Shown: positions 48,065 to 59,553 of the stretch, piece by piece
Layout: each line of letters opens with the position of its first letter
How positions within the stretch are numbered: the first letter of the stretch is position 1
NCBI RefSeq assembly: GCF_048593235.1
Contig: NC_133619.1
Location: 637,772,558-637,836,557, forward strand
Source of the DNA: Sminthopsis crassicaudata
Taxonomy: Eukaryota
Reading direction: 5' to 3'
Length of the DNA stretch: 64,000 nucleotides
Made by a program: the position numbers and the translations under genes
The notes under the pieces: generated by a model
Told to the model about the DNA's origin: nothing
The model's database searches: none
The model's input: the letters and a program-made list of their open reading frames with translations, nothing else

Positions 48065-51000
48065 AGATGCAGACCCAGCCTGAAGTCTGAGCCTGGACTT
48101 TTGCACTCCAAACTTTATTTATGGACCAATACCCTTCTAGTATATTTATTCCCTCCATCCCAACAACCACATACTTTATATGCCAGAGGATAGTTTTGTA
48201 CTTTTGTATTTTTCTATATTTTGTTAAATAAATAAGAAAACACAAAGAAATTGAAGGCCTGTCTGTTGTTTTGTAGTTGTTTTCTGTGTTACAGTTTATG
48301 GCTATAAGCAAGTGTGATTGTGGGTTTTTTTGTGTAGCTGTGAGCAGGCAGGATTGTGAGTGTTTATATGTGTATGTAGTTGTAGGTTTGGGTATGGCTG
48401 TGAGCTGGTGGGATTATGGATTTGTATGTATGGCTATAAGGGGGAATGGGGGAATGTGTTCAGTGACCTGTATCTCAGTGTGGGTGCAGTCTGGGTCTCC
48501 TTTGACCTTGTGTGTGGGCTGCACTTAGCTGGGAAGATAGTACCTGGGATGGAAAATTAGATGATTGCATCGAATAGGGTCTCTAGAAAATCAATACTGG
48601 CTGACTCTGAGTGAGCCCCTTGGGCATAGGTAATAGGGACCGGGCAGTCAGGGTGCCCTCTTAGACGAACCAGCTGGATGCTGGGGTTGGGAGACCATTA
48701 GACATAAGGAGACTTCTTGATTCAGTGTCCTCCCATCAGAAAGAAGACAGTCCATGGGATTTGTGCATATTGCCTCCCTTGCAGAACAAAGACCTTATGG
48801 TATTTACACATAACTTGGTTCTTCCTCTTCCCCAATCAGATCAATTGAAGATAGAGCATAAAGTAAGGGGGGAGCAGAAAACAGGGTAATGAGGGAAATG
48901 CTTATTAAATAACAAATTAATGCAGAGATTTCTGACCTTACCCAGAATATGGACTACCTATCATGTCAAGTTGCAGTTGTTTCCCCATCCAAATAGAAAA
49001 ACCTTTCAAAGAGATTCTAGTCCCAAGAAATCCAACCTTCTCTGTTTTAGTCTGCCAAAACTGAGTAGAGGCAGACCCCCTTTTGTCAAGACTTCCCATG
49101 TAGAGGTAGTTTGGATAAGAGTGAAGTCCCTTTGTCTAAGACCAAGTGATCCAATCAAGTTCCCCCATTCTCTCATTAGAATAAGCCCACCTCTCATTAT
49201 AATATTCATTCTTCTCATTAATTGTTTCCTATCACAGTTATTGCCATCATTAAGAACAACTAGTCTTCCAAGTTTATATGAGCATTGATTCAGTTCCATG
49301 AGCAGTCTTTGGCACTCAGTAATGCCACTGACCCAAATGTGAAAGGCCACTTTTAAATCATTAGTTGTTTTATATATGTGTGTATTGGGGGGGGAGTGGG
49401 GGTGTGAATATATACATATATATATATATATCTATATATATATATATATCTATATATATCTATCTTGATTGACAGTAGCTTACTTGGGAGAGGTGAAGGG
49501 AGAATAAAAGTGTAACCTATAGGGAAACAAAGATAAACCCTCATGAATATATTTTCTATTGTTATATATGCCTTTTCGAAATGAAAATGTATTATTCTAT
49601 ATTTTGAATCCTCACTGATGTTCTGCTGAGTACATGACAATGTGTTTTTTCTTTTTCTGTCCTTTTTCTTTTTTAAGTTAAAGTACATGTTAAATCCGAT
49701 ATATGTGTACATATTTATACTGTTATCTTGCTACACAAGAAAAATCAGATCAAGAGGGAAGAAAAAGAAAAACTGAGAAAGAAAACAAAATGCAAGCAAA
49801 TAACAACAGAGAGAGTGAGAATGCTATGCTGTGGTCCATACTCTGCTCCCACAGTCTTCTCTCTAGTGTAGATGGGTTCTCTTCATCACTGAACAAGTGG
49901 AACTGGTTTGAATCATCTCATTGTTGAAGAGAGCCAGGTCCATCAGAATTGATCATCCAATAATCTTGTTGTTGCCATGTATGATGATCTCCTGGTTCTG
50001 CTCATTTTTCCCAGCATCAGTTCATGTAAGTCTCTCCAAGCCTCTCTGGCATCAACTTGGTGGTCGTTTCTTGCAGAACAATAATATTCCAAAACATTCA
50101 TACACCATAAATTATTCAGCCATTCTCCACCTGACGCACATCTGCTCAGTTTCCAGTTTCTTCCCACTATGAAAGGGCTGTCCCAAACCTTTTTGCACAC
50201 GTGGGTCTCTTTTCCTCCTTTAAGCCCTCCTTGGGATATAAGTCCAGTAGAAACACTGCTGGGTCAAAGAATATGCACAGTTTGATAACTTTTGGACCAT
50301 AGATCCTAATTTTTCTCCAGAATGGTTACATTTATTTACAGTTCCACCAACAATGCTTCAGTGTCCCAGTTTCCCACATCCCCTCCAACATTCATCATTA
50401 TCTTTTCCTGTCATCTTAGCAAATCTGAGAGGTGTGTAGAGGTATCTCAGAGTCATCTTAATTTGCTTTTCTCTGATCAATTGTGATTTGGAGTACCTTT
50501 TTATGTGACTAGAAATAGTTTTAATTTTTTCATCTGAAAATTGTTCATATCCTTTGACCATTTATCAATAGAGGAATGGCTTGAACTATTATAAATTTGA
50601 GTCAATTCTCTATATATTTTAGAAATGAGGCCTTTATCAGAACTTTTGGATGTAAAAATATTTTCCCAATTTATTGATTCCCTTCTAATCTTATGATCGA
50701 TTTTCTCTTTCTGTATTGGTTTATTCACTTCTACAGGTCTTTAGCATCTTATCTGTGTTTTCTACATGATGAAATACAAGTTGCCTCATCCCTAAAGTTT
50801 ATATTATACATTAAATATCTCTATGAGTTGGGGGCTGTATTGCCTACATTTAGAGGAAATGAGTCATGGGCTATGTTTTATTTTGGAGTTTTTCCTGAAT
50901 TAAATCTGGATGTCTGGGGTAAGATTAAAGTAAAGAAACTGATTTCTTTGGAGTCCTTCAGATTAGTTATATGTAGATTAAATCATTTAAAATTAGGAAA

Positions 51001-52790
51001 AAATATGATGGGCAATCAAAGCAGTCTTCCCCATTGAAAAGAGTTATTGACATCCCCAAATAGAAAATGGATGGAGGAACAGATATTGACTCAGATAATA
51101 ACACATTGTTTTAGAAGTTTAGCCTGTGTAAATCAAAGGAGTCAACAAACCACTTGAGTCAGCAAATGTTTGAGCTATTTGCCAAGTGGAGAGATGTAGT
51201 AGCTAAGGAATGTATCATTTTTACAACAGAAAACTGTAAAATGGTAAGGAAGAGTTTGAACAGTATCAATTCAGCAAAGCAAAGAAATTTCAAGAAAGCT
51301 TGGCAAGATATTGGCAACTAAAAACATTCATCCTGAGGACATTTAAAGATAAAAGTGGAAGATAACAAAAGATTAAAGTTGAGAGAGAGGTACATATTTT
51401 CATGTAACACTTATTGACTGTGTGTGACACTTGGTGAGTACTCCATGTGTCAACTGGGCCACAGCAGCTAGGTAAGAAGTCTAAGTCATCAATTTTAGTG
51501 TCATCATCCTGTGAAACCCCCATCAAATCAGTATCCCTTGATTCATTGGGGGAAGGGAGAGGACAGCATATTTGAATTGTCCACCAGATGGTGCTATATT
51601 CAAGTCACCAACCAAGTGGTCTCATCAGGGTCTCTTTGGCACCAAGCCTCCCCTACTGCACCAAGCAGTCTGGCTCTAAACAAATGGGCAAGTAAGCCAA
51701 AACAAAACTTGACCAAAAGTTGGATCTATTCTGAATAGATTCTGAATTTAAATTAGAGAATTATGAATTATTAAAACATTAAAATCTGAAATCATTGGTC
51801 TTTAAAGAACTCAAAGTCCTCCAACCCTTCTCCTAGACTTTAGTTTATCAGCTGAAACATCCTCTTTTCTCTTAATTCATAACACTATGGCCACATAACA
51901 AAAAATGTAGGGAAAAGGATTCAGAGTGCTGTCTTGATTTTAACCCCATTTAGATTCCCAAACTTTCTTTTCATTGCCTTTATTGCCATTTTTTTTTGAG
52001 TTGTCAGAGGGATAATTTCAAAAAACTTGTATTCTGATCCTGCAGGTCATAGGAAAGACCAAGTGTGTATTTGTGGGAAATATTGGGAAAGGGAGTTGTA
52101 TGTCTGAGACCTCACCTCAGGGACAGAACTATGATCAGTGGAAGGTGTGGAAAGAGAAGGTGGTAGATGGGTGTTGGTATCTCTTTCCTGAACAAAGGGA
52201 TTTTCAAAAGCTGAACATTCTAGCCACTAGTCTGTCATTATCATGGCTCCTGATTGTTCCAACTGCTGTAGCTGTCCAATCTGGTAGTCCAGCTTTGCCA
52301 GGACAATCCTGATTATAGCAAGTCCCTTCAACCTGCCCCACTCCCCACATCTTCAAAGGGTATCAGGAAATGTCTCTTGAGATCAAAGGGAAACATAAGG
52401 GAGAAAGTAAATTTTAGGTAAAACCACCAGTCTCCCTTCCTTTCTCCAATGTTAGGCTTACCTTCTTGTCATGGAACTCTAATTCAACAAGATATTATAC
52501 CACAGCAGTGTAATGTTGTTTCCTCACACTCATGGACATGTTATTGGTGAGCAATGCTCCTCCCTCTTTTCTATCCTCAAACAGTCAAACCCAAAGGCAC
52601 TGTGTGGGCCACAGGTTAAATCTTTTCACTGTTAAGGACAGTAGAGATGCCATATCTGGACTCTAACAGCAAAGGCCCAGATGTGCTAAGAGAGGAAATG
52701 GTAATAGCAAAGAAGAAACCAGAGATTTGCATTAGAGGCAGCCCAATTATGAAGATGTTGAAAGTTTATTCCCAGAGTATGTGAAACCAA

Positions 52791-53617
52791 GGGTGCCATT
52801 TGTTATGGGAGTCTCTTGTTAGTGGCTGCTGGGAATATATTCCCCCTTTTTTGTTTTATGGGAACACAGTTATTTTTCCCCCAACAATATGGTCAGTAAG
52901 TTTGTCGAGTATTGTGAAGGGCTGTTATTTGAGTCTGAATGTTGAGGAATATAAACAGCATTATCAAAATTTTTCTGTCTTGTTCTTCTGCCTGGTTGCA
53001 GAGTGAGTCATTATACTAGGTATTGAATCTCGTGAGATGTCATGGAGGTAAACTTTCTGACAAATGGAGAAGTAGGACTGCAGTCAGAACAGACATTTTT
53101 CATAAGTCTCTCATCAGTCTCCTGGCTCAACACTTTGGTATGTTGGCCCATTTTAATTACCCCAACAGATAAAAGTGTTACCAGGTCTCTTTTCCCTTTC
53201 CTTCCCCACAGGTTACAGCAGGAACTCTCCTGGGAAGATCCCATTTACCAACAGCTTTCAAGCACTGCTGCTGCTGTTACTGCTTTTTTGTTTCTTATGC
53301 CTCTTGTGCCCCACATTGGGCGCCATTTGTTACTGAAGCCTCTTGTTAGTGGTTGCTGGGGATCTACTTCTGACCAGCAGGATAGATCCTTTCATGTGAG
53401 TGGATGATAACAACACAAGGAGACTGAGAAGCGATTGCAATCTCTGATCTCCCTCCTTTTCTCTTTTGTCTCCATTTTATTTCATTCCCAATCCACAAGC
53501 AACATCTGTGTTAATAAAAACTGATTTGCAATTGCTTCAGTCATGTTATGATTCACAGTTGTGGGGGCTTTCTGGAGAACTGATCTTCCCCTTTAAACTT
53601 AGGCATAATCCTTAACA
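52791..53617 (-). mobile_element. ERV remnant with tRNA-Lys PBS, unit 2 copy
   Basis: Duplicate of 25741-26567, with the PBS at 53308-53325. Confidence 0.6.
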
Positions 53618-54136
53618 AATGCCCAGTTTTTTTTTTTGTTTTTTTGTTTTTTGTTTTTTTGCTTCAAGTGACAGGTTATTGCAGCCTTATAGATAAATTC
53701 CATAGTCTCTTCAAAGATGATCTATAATTATTGGTCAAGGTAATGTGTAATTGGACATACAATGTATAAAACTTGTTTTGCAGTATACATATTTTGTACT
53801 TCCATTGCAAATAGACAAAGAGCTGGGTCCATAATTGTAAAGGAAAAAGAAAGCAGAAACAATATATTTGGGAAATTACAATATTATTTTAATAATTTAA
53901 GCTTCTCCCAGAAACAAAGGCTTCGAAGAACAGTAACATTTATATGTTTATAAGGAATGCAAAACAGTTTATATACATTGATTTGATTCTCCCAAAAACT
54001 TTGTGAATAAAGTATTACAAGTATTATGAGCTCCATTTTATACATGAGAGAATTAAGGAGAGAGGAATTAAATAATTTGCTCTAGTTCCCACAGATTCAC
54101 AGAGGGGAAGATATTTGGCTAAAGAGTCACTAGGTG

Positions 54137-54298
54137 GGGGGCAACTAGGTGGCACAGTGTATAGAACACCAGCCCTGAATTCAGGAGGACCAGAGTTCAA
54201 ATCTGATCTCTGACACTTAACACTTCCTAGCTGTGTGACCCTGGGCAAGTCACTTAACCCCAGCCTCAGGGGGAAAAAAAAAAAAAAGAAAAAAAAAA
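54137..54298 (+). mobile_element. Young WSINE1-like SINE, unit 2 copy
   Basis: Duplicate of 27087-27248. Confidence 0.88.
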
Positions 54299-54987
54299 GT
54301 CACTGGGTGGAGCGGCAGCTCAATGTCAGTGAATAGAGCATGGGCCTTGAAGTCAGGATAACCTGAGTTCAGATCCCGCCTCAGATACTTAACACTTCCT
54401 ACCTGTGTGGGCTAGTCAATTAACCCCAAATGGCTCTGTAAAAAGGGAAAAGCTAATTAAGTCTTGAGTGGAGAAGAGGAAAGATGTGGGGGAAATTGAT
54501 AGGGTAAGAAAGGGGAGAAGGAGGAAGCTGAGAGTAAAAGATTAGAGGGGAGACAGAGGAAAAAGGAAGAGATGCGTTGGAGGAGGAGTGCCGGCATAAA
54601 GAGATCCTAGGGAGAAAGAAGGGAAGGAAAAGGAGGAGGGGTGTGGGCAGGAATACCCTGGAGATCTGAAAAGGAAATCTGAAAGTCGGGAGGAGAGAAG
54701 GTGCGCCCCAACCTGAGCGAGCGCAGGAGCTGCTGCTTTTGTGGAATCACTGGCTACAAGAGCCGCTTGCTGTCAGTCTGCCTTGGGCTGGACCTTGCTC
54801 TTTCAGTTTTCCTTTCCTGGTACCCGCCCTTCTTACCTGCAGACACCTGGCCCCGCCCCTTTCGCAGCGGGATTTTTGGAATCTGTTTCCACTTTTCATA
54901 CATCAGGGGAATCTCCGGCTCTGCCGCTTAAAAGTGCAGGGATGAAGCGGTCTCCTGCATCACTTGTCACCTCACTTCTCCAAGGCC

Positions 54988-56313
54988 ATGAGGACTCCGC
55001 AGGCTCTCCCGCTGCTGCTTTGTGCCCTGATGTCAGGGGCAATTTCGAAGTCCCTGGCCCCGACTCCCAGCAGCCTTCCCCCCGAGAGGAACTGCCAGAT
55101 CAGCCACTTCAAGTCTCTTTCGCCTCGGGAGCTGGAAACCTTCAAGGTGGCCCAAAATGCCTACGTGAGTTCCTGGAGTAATTTTTGTACCCCACTCCTT
55201 CCATCCCTCACTTCCCGGGGTCTAACCTCGATCTCTTTTACTGGGCTCTAATACTCATCTCTCGCACTGAGACCTAACCTTCATCCTTCCTTCTTGAGCT
55301 GTCGCTTTCTCTGTTTCTAACCTCCGTTCTACATCGCAAGGATCTAGAAGGGTCACAAGCCTTTAACTCCTTCCTCTTCATCCCCCAAAGGAGAAGATCA
55401 TGATTCAGACGGAGAGGAAATGTAGCTCCCGATTCTTCCACAGAAACTGGGACCTTCGGCAGCTGCCGGTAAGAAGGGGCGCTCCCCACCTCTCAGTCCC
55501 CCATCGCCTGCCTCCGAAATCTGTAGCCTCCCCATTTCTCTTCCCCCATCTGTGGGTCCTCCCCGTCTCCTTCCCCTGTCCCCTTCATCAGCCTCTCCCT
55601 CACATCGCCTCTCATCTCTCTCCTCACAGCCGTCCGTCCGGCCCCTGGTCTTACAGGCTGAGCTGAAATTGACTCTGGACGTCTTGAAAGCCGTAACCAA
55701 GCCTGAGCTGGACAGAGTTCTGGCTCAACCCCTACAAACGCTCAGCCACATCTACCAAGAGATCCAAAGCTGTGTGAGTACTGGAGGATGGGCGGGGCTC
55801 CCCTGGACCAATGGGCATGGAGCTGTTCCCTGTCTCTCAGGCGCCTCTGTCCCTTGCAGTGAGGCTGAGAGGCTGCAATACCTGGATTCCTCCCTCTCCC
55901 CCCACCATCAAATACCCGAGTTCCCCTTCGCTTTTATCAAGTCCACCCTCTCCCTACACAGGTTACTTCCAGGCCCTCTAAGGAACACAGGCCTCCAGGC
56001 CGCCTGAAGAATTGGCTGAACAAGCTCAGTGAGGCCAGAAAGGTGAGTCAGGAAAGCTTCAGATCTACGGAGGGCACCCGGGGATGGAGGGGAGGAGTCA
56101 GAGGGGACCCCAGAGCCTGGGCAGCAAGAGACTCTGCCCACCCCACCCCCACCCCGAGGGAGGAGCAGGACTCAGAATTCCCCAGAGGACCCTTACCCCT
56201 GTGTCTCTTCTCTTCAGGAGCCTCACAATTGCCTAGAAGCAGCGATCATGCTCAATCTCTTCAGACTCCTGACCCAAGACCTCCGATGTGTAGCCTATGG
56301 GGACCTCTGTTGA
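54988..56313 (+). CDS. IFNL: Interferon lambda copy 5, 5 exons, 191 aa; SYCN-proximal gene with canonical helix F
   Basis: Exons 54988-55164, 55391-55468, 55630-55773, 55962-56042 and 56218-56313. It reads ERNCQISHF and EPHNCLEAAIMLNLFRLLTQDLRCVAYGDLC*. Confidence 0.96.
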
Positions 56314-57137
56314 AGATGCAGACTCAGCCTGAAGTCTGAGCCTGGACTTTTGCACTCCAAACTTTATTTATGGACCAATACCCTTCTAGTATATTTATTC
56401 CCTCCATCCCAACAACCACATACTTTATATGCCAGAGGATAGTTTTGTACTTTTGTATTTTTCTATATTTTGTTAAATAAATAAGAAAACACAAAAAATT
56501 TGAAGGCCCGTCTGTTGTTTTGTAGTTGTTTTCTGCGTGACAGTTTGTGGCTATAAGCCAGTGTGGTTGTGGGTTTCTGTGTGTAGCTGTGAGCAGGTGG
56601 GATTGTGGATTTCTGGGTTTGTGTGTGTAATTGTAAATCAGTGTATGGCTGTGAACGGGTAGGGTTATGGATTTGTGAGCCCAGTTGTGGGTTTGTGTAT
56701 TTAGTCATAGGTCTGTGTATGGCTATGAGTTGGTGGGATTGTGAGTGTCCATGTGTGTGTGTGTGTACTTGCAGGGTTGTGCATGGCTGTGAGCTGGTGG
56801 GATTGTGGGTTTGTAATGTGGCTATAAGTGGGACTGTAGAATATAGGTGTCTGTGTGCAGTGACCTGGATCTCAGTGCTCAGAGGCAGGGGTGCAGTCTG
56901 GGTCTCCTCTGACCTTGCTTGTGGGCTCCATTTTGCTGGGAAGGTAGCACCTGGCCTGGAAGATTAGATTGCAGGGAATAGGGGTTCCAGTCAATCAATA
57001 CTGGCTGACCCTGAGTGAGCACCTTGGGCACAGGTGATGGGTACTGGGGAGGCGGTGTGCCCTCTTAGAGGAGCCAGCTGGATGCTGGGGTTGGGAGAGC
57101 CAGTCAGGAGGGGTCAAGTTAAGACTACCAGGTGCTT

Positions 57138-57377
57138 CTACTGTCTATCTACCCAGGTTACTTATACCTTCGGAATCTAATACTTATGTGCAACAAGAAA
57201 ATGGTATTTACACACATATATTGTATCTGGGTTATATTGTAACACATGTAAAATGTATGGGATTGCCTGTCATCGGGGGGAGGGAGTGGAGGGAGGGAGG
57301 GGATAATTTGGAAAAATGGATACAAGGGATAATGTTATAAAAAAAAATTACTTATGCATATATACTGTGGAAAAAAA
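57138..57377 (+). mobile_element. Short L1 3'UTR fragment inserted in the SYCN promoter
   Basis: Perfect 17-bp TSD aagactaccaggtgctt at 57121-57137 and 57378-57394, with L1 3'UTR-like sequence and an A tail. Confidence 0.9.
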
Positions 57378-57394
57378 AAGACTACCAGGTGCTT

Positions 57395-57477
57395 GAATCC
57401 CATTGCCCACCCCTGCCCCTTATCTCTTCCTGGCCAGGTTTTGCTCTTCCCACAATCTCTCCCACGGCTCTTATAAG
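57395..57477 (+). promoter_or_regulatory. SYCN proximal promoter: GATA motif, RBPJ-type TTCCCACA, TATA box
   Basis: ttatct near 57420, cttcccacaa near 57446-57455 and TATAAG at 57472-57477, about 55 bp before the ATG. Confidence 0.6.
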
Positions 57478-57528
57478 GAGGCTGGGGAGCAAGGAGGACA
57501 GGTGCCTGTGTGATCTCTGCCTTTAACT

Positions 57529-57939
57529 ATGGCACCATTTCTCTTGCCTTCGCTCCTCCTGTTGGCCCTTCTGAGGGCTCTGCCAGGCACCTGGGCTGCG
57601 TGTCCGGTCCCTGCCACCCTGAAGCCCACCGAGGGACCCCGAGAATGTGCCCGCCTTTATGAGAAGAGTGACGCCTACTATGAGAATTGCTGTGCCGGAG
57701 CTCAGCTGAGCCTGGAGCCCGGGGTCGACCTGCCGTACCTGCCCTCCGACTGGTACCACAAAGCGTCCTCCCTGGTGGTGGGTCCCCGCTGTGAGCTCAC
57801 AGTCTGGTCTCGCTCCGGCAAAGGTGGCAAGACCCGAAAGTTCTCATCCGGAGCCTACCCTCGGCTGGCGGAGTTTCGCCTCGGAATATTTGGCGATTGG
57901 AATAACGCCATAGGGGCTCTCTACTGCAAGTGCTACTAA
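57529..57939 (+). CDS. SYCN: Syncollin, 136 aa, single coding exon
   Basis: Signal peptide plus the recognisable syncollin sequence ([31 protein letters not shown]...[16 protein letters not shown]...GKT.KFS.G.YPRL...R.GI.GDW.NAI.ALYC.C). It is syntenic with IFNL and NCCRP1. Confidence 0.97.
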   Translation: MAPFLLPSLLLLALLRALPGTWAACPVPATLKPTEGPRECARLYEKSDAYYENCCAGAQLSLEPGVDLPYLPSDWYHKASSLVVGPRCELTVWSRSGKGGKTRKFSSGAYPRLAEFRLGIFGDWNNAIGALYCKCY

Positions 57940-58484
57940 ACTGGCCTGGGACCCCTCCTCATCCATCGCAGCCCAAGCCTTGCACCTTAACCCCATGCCC
58001 TCCTCATTGCCACCTCTGACTGCTGACTGGCCAAATGCCCAGGTGAGCACCTGGCCCTACTCTGGTGCCCCGAGACTATTAACCATCAACTTCAGGGATC
58101 CAGGAGACTAAGTTCCCACAGCTCCACTTCCAAGAGCCCCGGAGTTCAGCCCATTAGCCTTCTAGGGCTAGAGGAGTCCACTCTAACCCCAGAATCCTAA
58201 AGTTAGCTGAGGTCCTGTATCCCTTTCAGGAGTCCCACCTGGGCCCCTTGTTCTGTCCCATATGCCATCATCTGGACCCCAGAGCTGACCTGGACTGCAG
58301 AGCCTGAGCTAAAAAGTCAGGAAACCAGGCACGTAACTTGGACCCAGCCAGGAAGCCCATAGGAAGCTCACCTGACCCTTCTTCCTTTTCCTCCTCACTC
58401 CAGGTCCTTCGCCCTATTTTTCTGTCCCATCACCCACTCCTGCTCATAAGCTGGAGACAGTCTCAGATGCAGGCTCACCCTCTC

Positions 58485-58490
58485 AATAAA
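58485..58490 (+). terminator. SYCN poly(A) signal
   Basis: AATAAA downstream of a putative 3'UTR intron (58043-58403). Confidence 0.6.
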
Positions 58491-59553
58491 GAGCTTTTGT
58501 GAAAATATCCAATACCTTCTCTTCCTTTTTAGGGGAGTGGGGCTCAGTGTCAAAACTCATTCAAAGTTTGAGAGTTCTGTAGAGTATGGTCCCCATGGGA
58601 TAGTCAAAATCAGGGACCAGAGACAAATACAGAAATAGGGACAAAGTCACACAGCACAACTTTAATCGAGACATTTCTATAGGAAAAGAAGATGAGGAAA
58701 AAACATTGAGAGACTATCCCACGAAACAGAACCCAGGGAGATGTCTAGGGATGGCACTGGTGTCCCCAAGGAATATACTGGGGTGACTATGAAGGGTCTT
58801 CAGGGAATACTGAGGAAATATGGGGTTCTTAAGGAAGATATTATTTGGGATGTGAGGAGTGTTTAGGGAGATATTAGGGGTTTCTGGGAAATATTTGGGA
58901 GAGAGAAGGGATTCCTAAAAGATTTAGAGCAATGATTTTGAGGGATGAGATGACCCTATGTGGATTTTTTTTATTTTTTTAAACAAAGCATTCGTTAGTT
59001 TGAGAATGGCATGGGAATCCTTGAGGGGATACTCTCCTGGAGAAGAGACATTCTTAAGGGGGATATTTAGGAGAAAAGGCAGGGTCCCCAGGGCATATCT
59101 GAGAAGATATTTTGGAATTCCCAGAATATGTTTGGGAGAGAGAAATTCCTAGGGAGGATATGTGAGGAGAGTTGAGGGATTCCTAGAAATTTTAGGAGAT
59201 GGGAGTTCCCTTTTGGTGGAGGTGTTTGGGATGAATTGATTTTGGTTTCCTGGGAAAATATATTTGGGAAGAGAGGAGGTGTCTTTAAATGGGGCAAGCA
59301 GGAGCTAAGAAAGTGTGGCCCGGCCTTCAGGGTCAAGTTCTAACTCTGATACACATTAGCTGTATGACCCCAGATAAGTCATCCTCTCCTGAGGTTACAC
59401 AACATAGGCAGAGGGAGTGTCCATAAGGGGAGAGAAGATCCTTCCCAGAAAGTGAGGGAGGTCACCTGAAAGTTCCTTGTCACCTGCATGAGGGATCAAG
59501 GACTGGAGGGAGAGAAGGGGTCCCTGGGGCAGAGATGTACGAGGGGTGACAGG

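Larger units (their letters stand above)
29169..56217 (+). repeat. ~27.05 kb tandem segmental duplication, unit 2
   Basis: Near-identical to 2116-29168. It diverges from unit 1 after intron 4 of IFNL copy 5, where the sequence continues into unique SYCN flank. Confidence 0.95.

Noticed and set aside
2116-56217. The duplication as a pure assembly artefact
   Set aside because: It cannot be excluded without reads, but the chimeric junction gene, unit-specific SNP clusters and templated L1 indel argue for a real event.
1-57000. An IFNL4-like or intronless type I IFN gene in the cluster
   Set aside because: None recognised on either strand; all five genes are close paralogues of one IFNL type. 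A profile search would be needed to exclude a decayed remnant.
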